DNA from: a bacterium
GTDB taxonomy: Bacteria; Planctomycetota; JAFGQW01
DNA: 64,000 bases
Assembly (NCBI GenBank): GCA_030426805.1
Contig: JAUHXU010000003.1
Span: 1,027,220-1,091,219 of the forward strand
Direction: 5' to 3'
Position 1 is the first letter of the stretch, and each line of letters starts with the position of its first letter. Of this stretch, positions 24,590-33,173 are shown one piece after another. Position numbers and translations under genes: made by a program. A model generated the notes under the pieces. It saw only the letters and a program-made list of their open reading frames with translations. It had not been told where the DNA came from and did not search any database.

Positions 24590-25822
24590 ATGATCAACCG
24601 CGCATGGATTGCGTACGTAGCGTTCTGCGTCGCGTCGGCGCCGCTCGCGGCGCAGCAAGCGCCGGCCGTCGGCGCGCCCGCACCCGAACTCGCGCTCGAG
24701 GAGCTGTTGCAAGCGCCGCCCGGTGCGGCCGCGACGCTCGAGCGGCTTCGCGGGAAGGTCGTCGTGCTCGAGTTCTGGGCGACGTGGTGCGGCCCGTGCG
24801 TCGGCGTGGGGCGCGAGCACCTGAACGAACTCGCGCACGCGCTGCGCGACGAGCCGGTGCAGTTCATCGCGATCACGGACCAGAAGAAGCCGCTGATCGC
24901 GCGGTTCCTCGAGAAGTTCCCGATGAACGCGTGGGTGGGTCTCGACCTCGACGGGTCGACGCTGCGCGACTACGGGGTGCGCGCGCGGCCGGCGACGTTC
25001 GTGATCGACCGCGATGGGAAGCTCGTCGCGCGAACGTATCCCACCTACCTCGAGGCGAAGCACGTGCGCGAGGTCCTCGCCGGCAAGCCGACGACCGTGC
25101 GGCCGTTCGAGGGGAGCGGCGAGGCGAAGGACGCGGCGACGGCGGCGGTCGACGCACCGAAGGATCGGTTGACCGAGTTCTGGGCGCGCACCGACCGACT
25201 CGCGCTGCCGCTGCCGGCGTTCGAGATCGTGATCCACCCGCTCCCCGAGTGGCGGGGCGGGCGTTCGCACGGGCACACCGCAAACTGGTCGGCGGGGATC
25301 GGCGTGCGGCTTCGGCGCGCGCTCGCGATTGTCGCCGAGGTGCGCGTGGAGCAGGTCGACGGTCCGAAGGCGCTGCTCGAGCGACGGCTCGCGTTCAAGG
25401 CGCGGTGCCCCGACGGGACGAAGCCGACGGTCGTGCGCGACGCGTTCTTCCGCGCGGCCGAGCGCGTCTACGGCGTGCGCATCGCGGTCGAGAAGCGGTC
25501 GATCCCGGTCTACGTGCTGCGCAAGACGACCGACACCGACGCGAAGCTCGTCGCCGCGGTCGAGCGGACCGGCAGCACGAACGCGACGCGCGGCCGGGTC
25601 GTCGCGCTCGGTGCCCCGTGGTTCGCGTTGCGCAACATCATCGCTGGCGAACTGAAGCGCAACATCATCGACGAGACCGGCATCGCGGCCACCGCCTACT
25701 TCGACTACGAACTCACGTGGGACCCCGAGACGCCCGGCGCGTTCATCGCCGCGGTGCGGGAGCAGCTCGGGTTGGAGCTGAAGGAAGAGCAGCGCGCGAT
25801 GGACGTGGTGGTCGTGCGGTAG
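24590..25822 (+). CDS. Secreted thioredoxin-like (TlpA/redoxin) domain fused to a TIGR03435-type C-terminal domain
   Basis: Signal MINRAWIAYVAFCVASAPLAA. LEFWATWCGPC is a CxxC motif. The C-terminal part ends in EQLGLELKEEQRAMDVVVV, typical of TIGR03435. Confidence 0.75.
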   Translation: MINRAWIAYVAFCVASAPLAAQQAPAVGAPAPELALEELLQAPPGAAATLERLRGKVVVLEFWATWCGPCVGVGREHLNELAHALRDEPVQFIAITDQKKPLIARFLEKFPMNAWVGLDLDGSTLRDYGVRARPATFVIDRDGKLVARTYPTYLEAKHVREVLAGKPTTVRPFEGSGEAKDAATAAVDAPKDRLTEFWARTDRLALPLPAFEIVIHPLPEWRGGRSHGHTANWSAGIGVRLRRALAIVAEVRVEQVDGPKALLERRLAFKARCPDGTKPTVVRDAFFRAAERVYGVRIAVEKRSIPVYVLRKTTDTDAKLVAAVERTGSTNATRGRVVALGAPWFALRNIIAGELKRNIIDETGIAATAYFDYELTWDPETPGAFIAAVREQLGLELKEEQRAMDVVVVR

Positions 25823-25828
25823 GGTTTG

Positions 25829-26614
25829 CTACTCGATGCCGACTTCGTCGAGCGTGTCGACGGTCACGACCTGATCGAGCCAGTGGGTGAGTCGGTCCAC
25901 GTCGTCGGTGCGCTCGATCGTCGTGCGGATGGCCTCCGGCAGCGCGCCGAAGCGGCGCTCGAGCAGACGCAGCAGCATGGCGCGTGAGGTTTCCAGCGTG
26001 GCGATCGACTGGCCCTCTGCCTGGCCTTCGGCTCTGCCTTCGTCGCGGAACTTGTCGGCGATGGTTCTGCGCATGGTGCGGAGCTCCTTTCTCCGGACGT
26101 CGGTAGCGACCGACTCGATGATGGTGTGTTCGAGCGTCGCGTGCTCGTCGGGATCTCGGTCATGGTACACGAGGGCGAGCGTGAACGACAAGAAGTCGAG
26201 CCAGCGGGCGCGGAGAGCGTCGGGCATCGCTTCGAGGCGGCGGATCGTGTCGGCGAGGATGTCGCGGAATGCAGCCGGCGGCGCGCGGCGCGCGTCGAAA
26301 AGACGCAGGACCGGGCCGAGCCAGCCGCTGCGTGCGAGAAGCTCGCCGCTGGTGGCGTAGACCCAGCACCAGGTCGTCGCGCCGTCGTCGTGCAGCAGCG
26401 GTGCGCGCACGACGAAGTCCGCGGCCAGGTGGCGGAAGTCGTGCTTGATGAAGGTCTCGCTGCGGTTCTCGATCCGGTCGGGGTCGATGCGTTCGGCAAG
26501 GTCGACACCGGCGAGGAGCAGCATCTCGCGCAGGTTGTGGCCGTCCTCGAGCAGCTTCTTCACGCCGTTCTCGTGGAAGTGGCGGACGTAGCGGGTCAGG
26601 CGATCGTTCGACAT
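25829..26614 (-). CDS. DUF4351-domain protein (Rpn/PD-(D/E)XK putative-transposase-like family)
   Basis: ATG at 26614 (MSNDRLTRYVRHF). The C-terminus LLRLLERRFGALPEAIRTTIERTDDVDRLTHWLDQVVTVDTLDEVGIE is DUF4351-like. The N-terminal nuclease motif is not clearly recognisable. The upstream 46 codons of the track ORF lie in the repeat element. Confidence 0.65.
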   Translation of the reverse strand: MSNDRLTRYVRHFHENGVKKLLEDGHNLREMLLLAGVDLAERIDPDRIENRSETFIKHDFRHLAADFVVRAPLLHDDGATTWCWVYATSGELLARSGWLGPVLRLFDARRAPPAAFRDILADTIRRLEAMPDALRARWLDFLSFTLALVYHDRDPDEHATLEHTIIESVATDVRRKELRTMRRTIADKFRDEGRAEGQAEGQSIATLETSRAMLLRLLERRFGALPEAIRTTIERTDDVDRLTHWLDQVVTVDTLDEVGIE

Positions 26615-26690
26615 GCCCCTTGCAGTCGGAGCGGGGCGGGGAAAGTCGCGGGGAAATCTGCCGGCAACGCGCGGCCGCGGCACTCTGCAC

Positions 26691-26845
26691 GAGTGGATCC
26701 GTAAGCCGATATCGTCGCACTTTCCGGCCGAAACGCGACGCTTGCCGCCCACGGATGCATCCCTGAAGCAATAGCGTCGCGTTTGGCGACGATATCGGCT
26801 TACGGATCGTCGAGCGCTTACTCGATGCCGACTTCGCCGAGCGTG
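26691..26845. repeat. 155-bp repeat, copy A: MITE-like palindromic element plus the first ~30 nt of a DUF4351 gene 3' end
   Basis: Perfect 23-bp inverted arms GATCCGTAAGCCGATATCGTCGC (26696-26718) and its reverse complement (26786-26808). Inner 11-bp arms AAACGCGACGC (26731-26741) and GCGTCGCGTTT (26774-26784). About 94% identical by eye to 29605-29759. Confidence 0.85.
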
Positions 26846-27453
26846 TCGACGGTCACGACCTGATCGAGCCAGTGGGTCAGCTGGTCCACGTCGTCGGTGC
26901 GCTCGATCGTCGCGCGGATGGCCTCGGGGAGTGCGCCGAAGCGGCGTTCGAGCAGGCGCAGCAGCATGGCGCGTGAGGTTTCGAGGGTGGCGATCGACCG
27001 GCCCTCGTCGCGGATCGCGTCGGCGATGCTCTTGAGCATGGCGCGGAGTTCCCTTCGGTTGTCATCATTCGATAGCGCGGCGATGATCGTGTGCTCCAGG
27101 CTCGCGCGTTCAGCGGGCGCCCGACTGTGGAACACAAGCGAGATCGTGTAGGCCATGAAGTCGAGCCAGCGCTCCCGTTGCTCCTCCGGCATCGCTTCCA
27201 GGTCGCGGACGACAGTCCCAAGCGTTGCGCGGAAACGCTCCGCAGGGTCGTACTTGGCCGCAGTGAGTACGAGAACGTGGCCGAGCCAACCTCCGTCACG
27301 GCGGAGCTTCTCCGGCGAGGTGGCCTGTAAGTTGAACACCACAGGCTCGACGAGCGGTGTTCCCGCGGGATGCCCCGAATCCTCGCGTCGTGAATCCTGC
27401 GGATCGCCGTGTCGCATCGGTTCGCCTCCGTTCGGCAAGATCTCGGTCATCAT
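26818..27453 (-). pseudogene. N-terminally truncated paralog of the DUF4351/Rpn-like gene (may still be expressed)
   Basis: It is homologous to 25829-26614 only from about GWLGHVLVL onward. The last ~190 nt are about 92% identical at DNA level. The N-terminal ~100 aa of the full copy are missing. Confidence 0.5.
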
Positions 27454-27801
27454 AGCCGAGTGGGTTGAAGCGGGGGTAGAGTCGCAAGCGGGGGCGCCGG
27501 ATCACGTTGGTTGGCCCGATGCCGCGTGGCGGCAGCTCGCGCTGGCGACGATCCTCTCGCGCGAGGACGAAGACGTCGTGGATCGGGCGACCGCAGCGAT
27601 TCGGGTGGGTGCGGAGCGGATGGCTGCGTCGGCCGCGCAGCAGAAGCTCGCGGATGCCGCGCCGCACTTCGCGGGCGACGGCACCGCGGCACGCCAAGCG
27701 CGCACCAACGCGCTCGAGTGCATCGACGCCGCACCCCGGGACTGGGGAATCCTCCGGCAACGCATCGAGGCGCTTCGGCTGAAGTAGGCGCGTGGCCGCG
27801 G

Positions 27802-27829
27802 CCGGCTCATTTTGAGCCGGGAGATTTTC
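27802..27829 (+). terminator. Intrinsic-terminator-like hairpin after an orphan coding-like frame
   Basis: CCGGCTC-ATTTT-GAGCCGG at 27802-27820 is followed by GAGATTTTC. It lies 15 nt after the TAG at 27785-27787. Confidence 0.4.
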
Positions 27830-28073
27830 ACGGAATCCCCTCTCAGCCTTCGCGAGATCCGGATAGGGTAGTCGCTGATGGGATTGCGGGGCGCGCTGGT
27901 GCGCGCGGCCCGCGAGGCACGGGGTGGTGCGGCGCGTCCGCGATGTCAGCGGTAGGCGTTTCCCGTACGGAGAGAGCTCGACGTCCATGTGACGAGGCAG
28001 ACGTCACGGGATAACGAGCAGTGGTGCAGACGGACTCCGTCCGTCTCGTGTGGGCGCTGGTAGTCGCTTTCCG

Positions 28074-29582
28074 ATGCTGACGTATCTCTGCGCATTCCTC
28101 GGGTGCTGCGTCGCGACGCTCGTGTGGACGCCGATCGTGATCCGGATCGGCAACCACTTCCGCGTGCTCGACCATCCCGGCCTTCGGCGAATCCACAAGT
28201 CGCCGGTGCCGCGCTTGGGCGGGCTCGCGATCGCGGTGCCGATCCTCGCGTTCGCGGTGATCGTGTGCTTGCTCGACAACCAGATCGGCGAGCGCTTTCA
28301 GGCGGTGTCGGTCGAGATGGTCGCGATCCTCGGCGGCTCGCTCGCGATGTTCCTCGTGGGGCTCACCGATGATCTGCGCGGCATGCGCGCGCGGCATAAG
28401 CTCGTCGCGCAACTCATCGCCGCGACGACCATGTGTGCGCTCGGCGTGCGGCTCGACGGCCTGCGTATCGACGGCGTGGGCGCGATCTCGTTCGGACTTG
28501 CCGCGTGGCCGCTGACAATCATCTGGATCGTCGGCATCACGAACGCGGTGAACCTGATCGACGGGCTGGACGGGCTCGCGGCCGGGATCGCAGCGATCAC
28601 GATCGGCACGGTCGGCGTGATCGCGCTGAACCTCGGGCAGCCGGTGATGGCCACGCTGATGCTGATCTGCCTCGGCTCGCTGATCGGCTTCCTCGTCTTC
28701 AACTTCAACCCGGCGCGGATCTTCCTCGGCGATTCGGGGACGTATTTCCTCGGCTTCCTGCTCGCGACGAGCAGCCTGACGACGTCGGTGAAGACCGGCG
28801 CGGTCGTGGGACTCACGCTGCCGTTGCTCGCGCTCGGCATCCCGCTGTTCGACACGCTGTTCGCGATGCTCCGCCGCGCGCTGGACGGCCGACCGCTATT
28901 CGCGCCGGATCGCGGGCACATCCACCACCGGCTGATCGACCTCGGACTGCACCAGCGCAGGGCGGTCGTGCTGCTCTACCTGGCGACGAGCTTCATCGTC
29001 GGTTTCGGGATGTTCATGCTGCTCACGCGTGGGCCCGCGACGCTGATCATCTTCGGCTGCCTCGTCGTCCTCCTGGTCGGCATGTTCCGCTTCTTCGGCG
29101 CGGTGCGGCTGCGCGAGACACTCGCCGGCATCCAGAAGCGGCGCGGCGCGCTGCGCGAGATCGGCGAGGAGAAAGAGGTCTTCCAGGAGAGCGATCTCCG
29201 GCTGCGCGAGGCGGCGTCGTTCGACGAGTGGTGGGACGGCCTGTGCGGCGCGGCGAGTGAGTTGGGCTTTGCAGCGCTCACCGTCGTCGCGTCGGGTGAC
29301 AGCGGCGTGGACGAGCGCACGTGGTCGGTGGACAGCGATCGAGCGGTCGCCGGACCGCGCTCCGCGCTCGTGATCCCGGTCGACGCTGCACGATGGGGTG
29401 TAACGCTCGAAGTGCGCGCCTCGGTCCCGGTCGGCGAGTCGATCGAATCGGCGGGGAGACGGATGGCCGTCTTCGGGCGACTGCTCGAGCGCTCGTCGCG
29501 TGCCTTCGATGCGTGGCCGGAAGATGCCAGCCGCTCGTCGATGGGCGGCAGCGCGCTGTCGGGATCGACCGGCGGGGCGTAG
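28074..29582 (+). CDS. WecA/MraY-family (GT4) polyprenyl-phosphate N-acetylhexosamine-1-phosphate transferase with a ~170-aa C-terminal extension
   Basis: VLDHPGLRRIHKSPVPRLGGLA, GLTDDLRG, NAVNLIDGLDGLAAG, IFLGDSGTYFLGF, GHIHHRL. The ATG at 28074 is preferred over the GTG at 28050. Confidence 0.85.
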   Translation: MLTYLCAFLGCCVATLVWTPIVIRIGNHFRVLDHPGLRRIHKSPVPRLGGLAIAVPILAFAVIVCLLDNQIGERFQAVSVEMVAILGGSLAMFLVGLTDDLRGMRARHKLVAQLIAATTMCALGVRLDGLRIDGVGAISFGLAAWPLTIIWIVGITNAVNLIDGLDGLAAGIAAITIGTVGVIALNLGQPVMATLMLICLGSLIGFLVFNFNPARIFLGDSGTYFLGFLLATSSLTTSVKTGAVVGLTLPLLALGIPLFDTLFAMLRRALDGRPLFAPDRGHIHHRLIDLGLHQRRAVVLLYLATSFIVGFGMFMLLTRGPATLIIFGCLVVLLVGMFRFFGAVRLRETLAGIQKRRGALREIGEEKEVFQESDLRLREAASFDEWWDGLCGAASELGFAALTVVASGDSGVDERTWSVDSDRAVAGPRSALVIPVDAARWGVTLEVRASVPVGESIESAGRRMAVFGRLLERSSRAFDAWPEDASRSSMGGSALSGSTGGA

Positions 29583-29604
29583 GGGCGCGCCTCGGCGGCT
29601 GTGC

Positions 29605-29759
29605 GAGTGGATCCGTAAGCCGATATCGTCGCACTTTCCGGCCGAAACGCGACGTTTGCCGCCCACGGATGCACCCCCGAAGCAATAGCGTCGCGTTTGG
29701 CGACGATCTCCGCTTACGGATCGTCGAAAGCCTACTCGATGCCGACTTCGTCGAGCGTG
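29605..29759. repeat. 155-bp repeat, copy B (right arm decayed by 2 mismatches)
   Basis: Arms at 29610-29632 and 29700-29722. I count 9 mismatches by eye to copy A. It ends in a relic of the DUF4351 gene 3' end. Confidence 0.85.
29732..29759 (-). pseudogene. Relic of the last ~8 codons (..TLDEVGIE*) of a DUF4351/Rpn-like gene
   Basis: CTACTCGATGCCGACTTCGTCGAGCGTG matches the 3' ends at 25829 and 26818. Homology stops after 28 nt. Confidence 0.55.
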
Positions 29760-29842
29760 CCGCGCACCCGTCGGGGTGAGGTAGGCTGGAAGCGAGCAGA
29801 GGTGGCCGTCAGCTTCCGGTGTTCGCCTGATTGGAGCCAGTC

Positions 29843-30313
29843 ATGAATCAGGGTGTGTGCCTGACAATCGTCGTCGGGCTTCTCGCGTACACCGGTGTCT
29901 TGAAGAGGCACCTGCGCGATCATCTGAGTGGATCGTCGAGACGGGTTGTGCTCGTTGAACTGTGGGCACTCATCGCCATCGACTTGGCTCTCCTCCTGAC
30001 CGGTCTCATGATTTTGCCGCGCGTGCTCACGCCAAACACGCTTCCGGCGTGGCTCACCTTCCGTGAGTCAACCGCATCGACTGCCTTCGCATGCTCGTGC
30101 GCCTCCCTGGCGCTACTTCACGTCGGCCACCTGATCTGGGTGGAGCTCTCAAAGCTCCTCGATCGACCACCTTTGGCTGCGGCCGGGTGCCTTGTTGTCA
30201 TCGGATTGAGTACGTGGGGTGCTGGGCTCGTGGTCTCGTTTGACCCCGGGCTGACCATCATGATCGGGATGGTCATCGCAGTCGCGGTTCTTGCTGTGGC
30301 GACCAAGCGCTGA
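29843..30313 (+). CDS. Small polytopic (about 4 TM) membrane protein, hypothetical
   Basis: The ATG at 29843 is preceded by GGAG (29833-29836). Hydrophobic segments: CLTIVVGLLAYTGV, LVELWALIAIDLALLLTGLMIL, AFACSCASLALLHVGHLIWV, GCLVVIGLSTWGAGLVV, IMIGMVIAVAVLAVA. The TTG at 29831 is an alternative start. Confidence 0.6.
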   Translation: MNQGVCLTIVVGLLAYTGVLKRHLRDHLSGSSRRVVLVELWALIAIDLALLLTGLMILPRVLTPNTLPAWLTFRESTASTAFACSCASLALLHVGHLIWVELSKLLDRPPLAAAGCLVVIGLSTWGAGLVVSFDPGLTIMIGMVIAVAVLAVATKR

Positions 30314-30363
30314 GCGGCGTGAGCCGGACCGCGTGAGGCCGGTCTCAACCGGCGAAGTGCAGC

Positions 30364-33171
30364 GTGAGCTGGGCCACCGCTTTTGATAGGATGACGCGAC
30401 GAGGGTTGGCGCGCCGGATGAGCACAGAGCGTTCTGGAACGATTACCGACGGCCCGTACATCAGCGCGGGGCCGGGTGACTCCACAGTTGCACGCGAACT
30501 CGCCGCAGTGATTCGCGACGAGTTGCGCTTGGAGTCGCGGCGTGGAGGCGGACCCGACGCCGGTGCCCCCCGAGTGTTACAGGAGCACATGCAGAAGTGC
30601 ATGCAGAAGTGCCCGGTCTTTGTGTTCCTCGCGCCTCAGGGCCACCCGGAAGCTACTCAGCTTTGCGAACTCAAGGCGTTCTCGGACATAAGTGAGCAAA
30701 CCGGCGCGTCGATGGTCCTGGTGAATGCGGGGGCTTGGGACGACCTCCCGCCGATCGCCATCGAGCACCTGGGGGTAGATCGGGGCGGTTCAAAGCGCGA
30801 CTGGATGGCGCGCGTGGTGGATCGCGTGCGCCGCATCTTGGCGCGCGGTGCGCCGGGGTTGAGCGTATCCGTGCAGCTTGCAGCCAGCGCGCTGATCACG
30901 GAACCGCGGGTAGGGACTCGATTCTTCGCGAAGCAGGCGCAGGAGCGGATCGTGCGGCTGGGCCTGCGCTGGGTCGGAGCTGACTACTGCACACTCCTCG
31001 TTCCTCGGTCGGACTATCTCGACTGCGTTGCTCAGGAATGCGTGGATGAGAGCCTTGTCCTACACGGGAGCGGGGAGAGGATTCGAACGGACAGTGGGCG
31101 AGAGGGGATCATCAGCGCGGCGATCGAGTCGGGCGAACCGGTCGTCGTGCGCAATGTACGGGAAGGCCGGTTTAGGTCGAGGTACATCGAGTGCTACCGT
31201 GGAACGGCATCGGAGCTCGTCGTGCCGGTTCGCGTCCCCGCCGGCGTCTTCGAACCACCGGTGAGCATCGCAGCGCTGAACTTCGAGAGTCAGAAGGAGG
31301 CGCACTTCGACCCCTACCGCGTTGCCCAGGCAGAATTGCTCGCGAGCCACGTGTCGCTTGCGTACTCGCAGTCCGCCCAGCAGGTCGGCCTCCTGGAGCA
31401 TCGCGCCATTGCAGCGCTCGATCAGCCCTTGCGTGCGATTCGCGACTCCCTGTCGTCGGGCTCCGACCAGTCGGGGTACACGCACATGCTCGATCTCGCG
31501 CTGGTGCAGGGCGTCCTGCGCGAGATGAGTGCGGACGGCGAACTCGTGGTTGCGCTCGTACGAGGCAACCTCGTCATGGGCCTCAGAGGAAGAACGGCCC
31601 GCCTTGACCGCGCCTGGCTGGGAACCGAGGTCGCATGCACGAATCGCGAGATGAGCTTCTTCTCGGTGGATCGTCGTCGGTCGGTGCGTCACGGGATCAA
31701 GTGGCTCAGTGAGCGCGCTGTGGGCGTTGTTCCGGTCCGTAGCCCGGGTGCGCAGCCTCTAGCCGCACTTGTTATTGGCTACCCTCGTGATGCGGCAGAG
31801 GTAGCGGACGACACGTTGCTCCTCGCCACGCACCTGGCCGACCAAGCTTCCCGCGCCCATGCACGTTGCGAGGGCGTGCCGTCGTATCCGGATTCGTATC
31901 GCGTCGCCGACGAGGTTCCGCGTCTCACGCTGAACCTGGAGGATGCCTTCATGCAGCAACACCTGGTCGACTATACGGACCACGTCCGTAGGCACTCCGC
32001 TATCGCGCTGGAGGAGGAGAGGGGCTCTCTCTACGAACTGCTTCCGACCCTGATCACGAGGGAAGGGTGGCCAGCATTCAACCCGAACCAGCAGATCCTC
32101 AGCGACGACGTCAATCAAGTCGTGGCTCCACCACGGAAGTATGCTCCCGAGCGGTTGCGTTGGCTGATTCGTGAGCTCGGCAACCCCGCGAACTCCGTTG
32201 AGCCGGCCGACATGGCTTTCATTGTCATCGGCGACAGCACGACGGACATCGATATGGCGAAGAACCTCGACAAGGCGGGAGTGAGTGTGCGCGCCTTCAT
32301 TCGCCAGCAGGGGGACAGCAAGATCCCATACATCCACAAGTGTCGTAGCTGGGCTGAAGTGACGGAGCGGGTACGAGACTACGTGTGTGAGCCGCCGGGC
32401 GGGCGGCCCGTTGGCCGAGTGCGGTATGTGCTTGTGGACATGGACGGTACATTGATCGTGCCGTCAGGAATCAGCATGAGCACGACGGCCGACGAACCGG
32501 TGGCTTGGGAGGACGATCGTGAGCGTGGCCTGGTTCGCGCCACCGCGCGGTATGTAGAGCACCTGAAGGATCGCATGGACAGGTCCGGCAACCATGAGGT
32601 TGCTGCAACCGAGCTACTTGGGCGCATCAAGGGGTTGTACCGCTTGGGCAGTCGCTTTCCGCCGTTCAGGAGTGCCGGCGACTCCGAGTACTGGGCGTTC
32701 GCCGTGCTGCTGGTGATCACGGGCCTCCTCGACGAAGAGGACGGATTCGGCGACCACCCCGGCACGAATCTCGAGGCCGACCCAGAGGAGATCCGCTCCT
32801 GGATCGACTTCGCGCGGAGACAGTTGCCGAACTTCGAGGAGTCGGGCGCGAGCGAGTCGATTCGCGAGCGGCTCACGGATCACATCCGGCTCGTCGAGCA
32901 GCGCGCCCAAGAGCGGCTTTACTCCATCGTGCCGGAGTTTCGGCGTGCGCAGGCGGCCGTGTTTGAGGAGTTCGTCGAACAGGGAACCTTCGGCCTCAAC
33001 CGACACGTCGTCGAAGCGATCAATCTATGCGCCGATGCGCAGTGGGCGCCGATTGGCTACACCGACCTTCCCGCCGCGACGTTCGGCCTGATTCTGGACC
33101 CGTCGTTCAAGACCTGGCCACAGAGCGCATCCGCATTGGTCTATCGAAAGGTCGGGCTCAAGACGGAGTAG
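30364..33171 (+). CDS. 935-aa multidomain protein: N-terminal TIR/flavodoxin-like segment, GAF-like domain(s), C-terminal HAD-like region
   Basis: Numbering from the GTG at 30364. The aa 31-125 segment (YISAGPGDSTVARELAAVIRDEL...CPVFVFLAPQG...CELKAF...MVLVNAG) is TIR-like. The aa ~200-335 segment is GAF-like (GADYCTLLVP...GIISAAIESGEPVVVRNV...ASELVVPVRV...ALNFES). IGDSTTDIDMAKNLDKAG lies at aa 622-639 and YVLVDMDGTLIV at aa 688-699. Alternative ATG starts lie at 30391 and 30418. Confidence 0.7.
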   Translation: MSWATAFDRMTRRGLARRMSTERSGTITDGPYISAGPGDSTVARELAAVIRDELRLESRRGGGPDAGAPRVLQEHMQKCMQKCPVFVFLAPQGHPEATQLCELKAFSDISEQTGASMVLVNAGAWDDLPPIAIEHLGVDRGGSKRDWMARVVDRVRRILARGAPGLSVSVQLAASALITEPRVGTRFFAKQAQERIVRLGLRWVGADYCTLLVPRSDYLDCVAQECVDESLVLHGSGERIRTDSGREGIISAAIESGEPVVVRNVREGRFRSRYIECYRGTASELVVPVRVPAGVFEPPVSIAALNFESQKEAHFDPYRVAQAELLASHVSLAYSQSAQQVGLLEHRAIAALDQPLRAIRDSLSSGSDQSGYTHMLDLALVQGVLREMSADGELVVALVRGNLVMGLRGRTARLDRAWLGTEVACTNREMSFFSVDRRRSVRHGIKWLSERAVGVVPVRSPGAQPLAALVIGYPRDAAEVADDTLLLATHLADQASRAHARCEGVPSYPDSYRVADEVPRLTLNLEDAFMQQHLVDYTDHVRRHSAIALEEERGSLYELLPTLITREGWPAFNPNQQILSDDVNQVVAPPRKYAPERLRWLIRELGNPANSVEPADMAFIVIGDSTTDIDMAKNLDKAGVSVRAFIRQQGDSKIPYIHKCRSWAEVTERVRDYVCEPPGGRPVGRVRYVLVDMDGTLIVPSGISMSTTADEPVAWEDDRERGLVRATARYVEHLKDRMDRSGNHEVAATELLGRIKGLYRLGSRFPPFRSAGDSEYWAFAVLLVITGLLDEEDGFGDHPGTNLEADPEEIRSWIDFARRQLPNFEESGASESIRERLTDHIRLVEQRAQERLYSIVPEFRRAQAAVFEEFVEQGTFGLNRHVVEAINLCADAQWAPIGYTDLPAATFGLILDPSFKTWPQSASALVYRKVGLKTE

Positions 33172-33173
33172 GC

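Noticed and set aside
26615-26752. Shared N-terminal peptide MGGKRRVSAGKCDDIGLRIHS in ORFs 25829-26752 and 28896-29666
   Set aside because: The identity comes from translating the 155-bp repeated DNA element, not from a conserved protein. A better start (MSNDR, 26614) exists for the real gene, and 28896-29666 is antisense to the WecA-like gene.
30364-30870. Firm assignment of the N-terminus of the 935-aa protein as a catalytic TIR NADase
   Set aside because: Only a pattern-level resemblance is visible by eye (beta-alpha alternation, FVFLAP..CELKAF). I cannot identify a catalytic Glu or confirm the fold, so it is kept as a hypothesis in the findings and not as an annotation.
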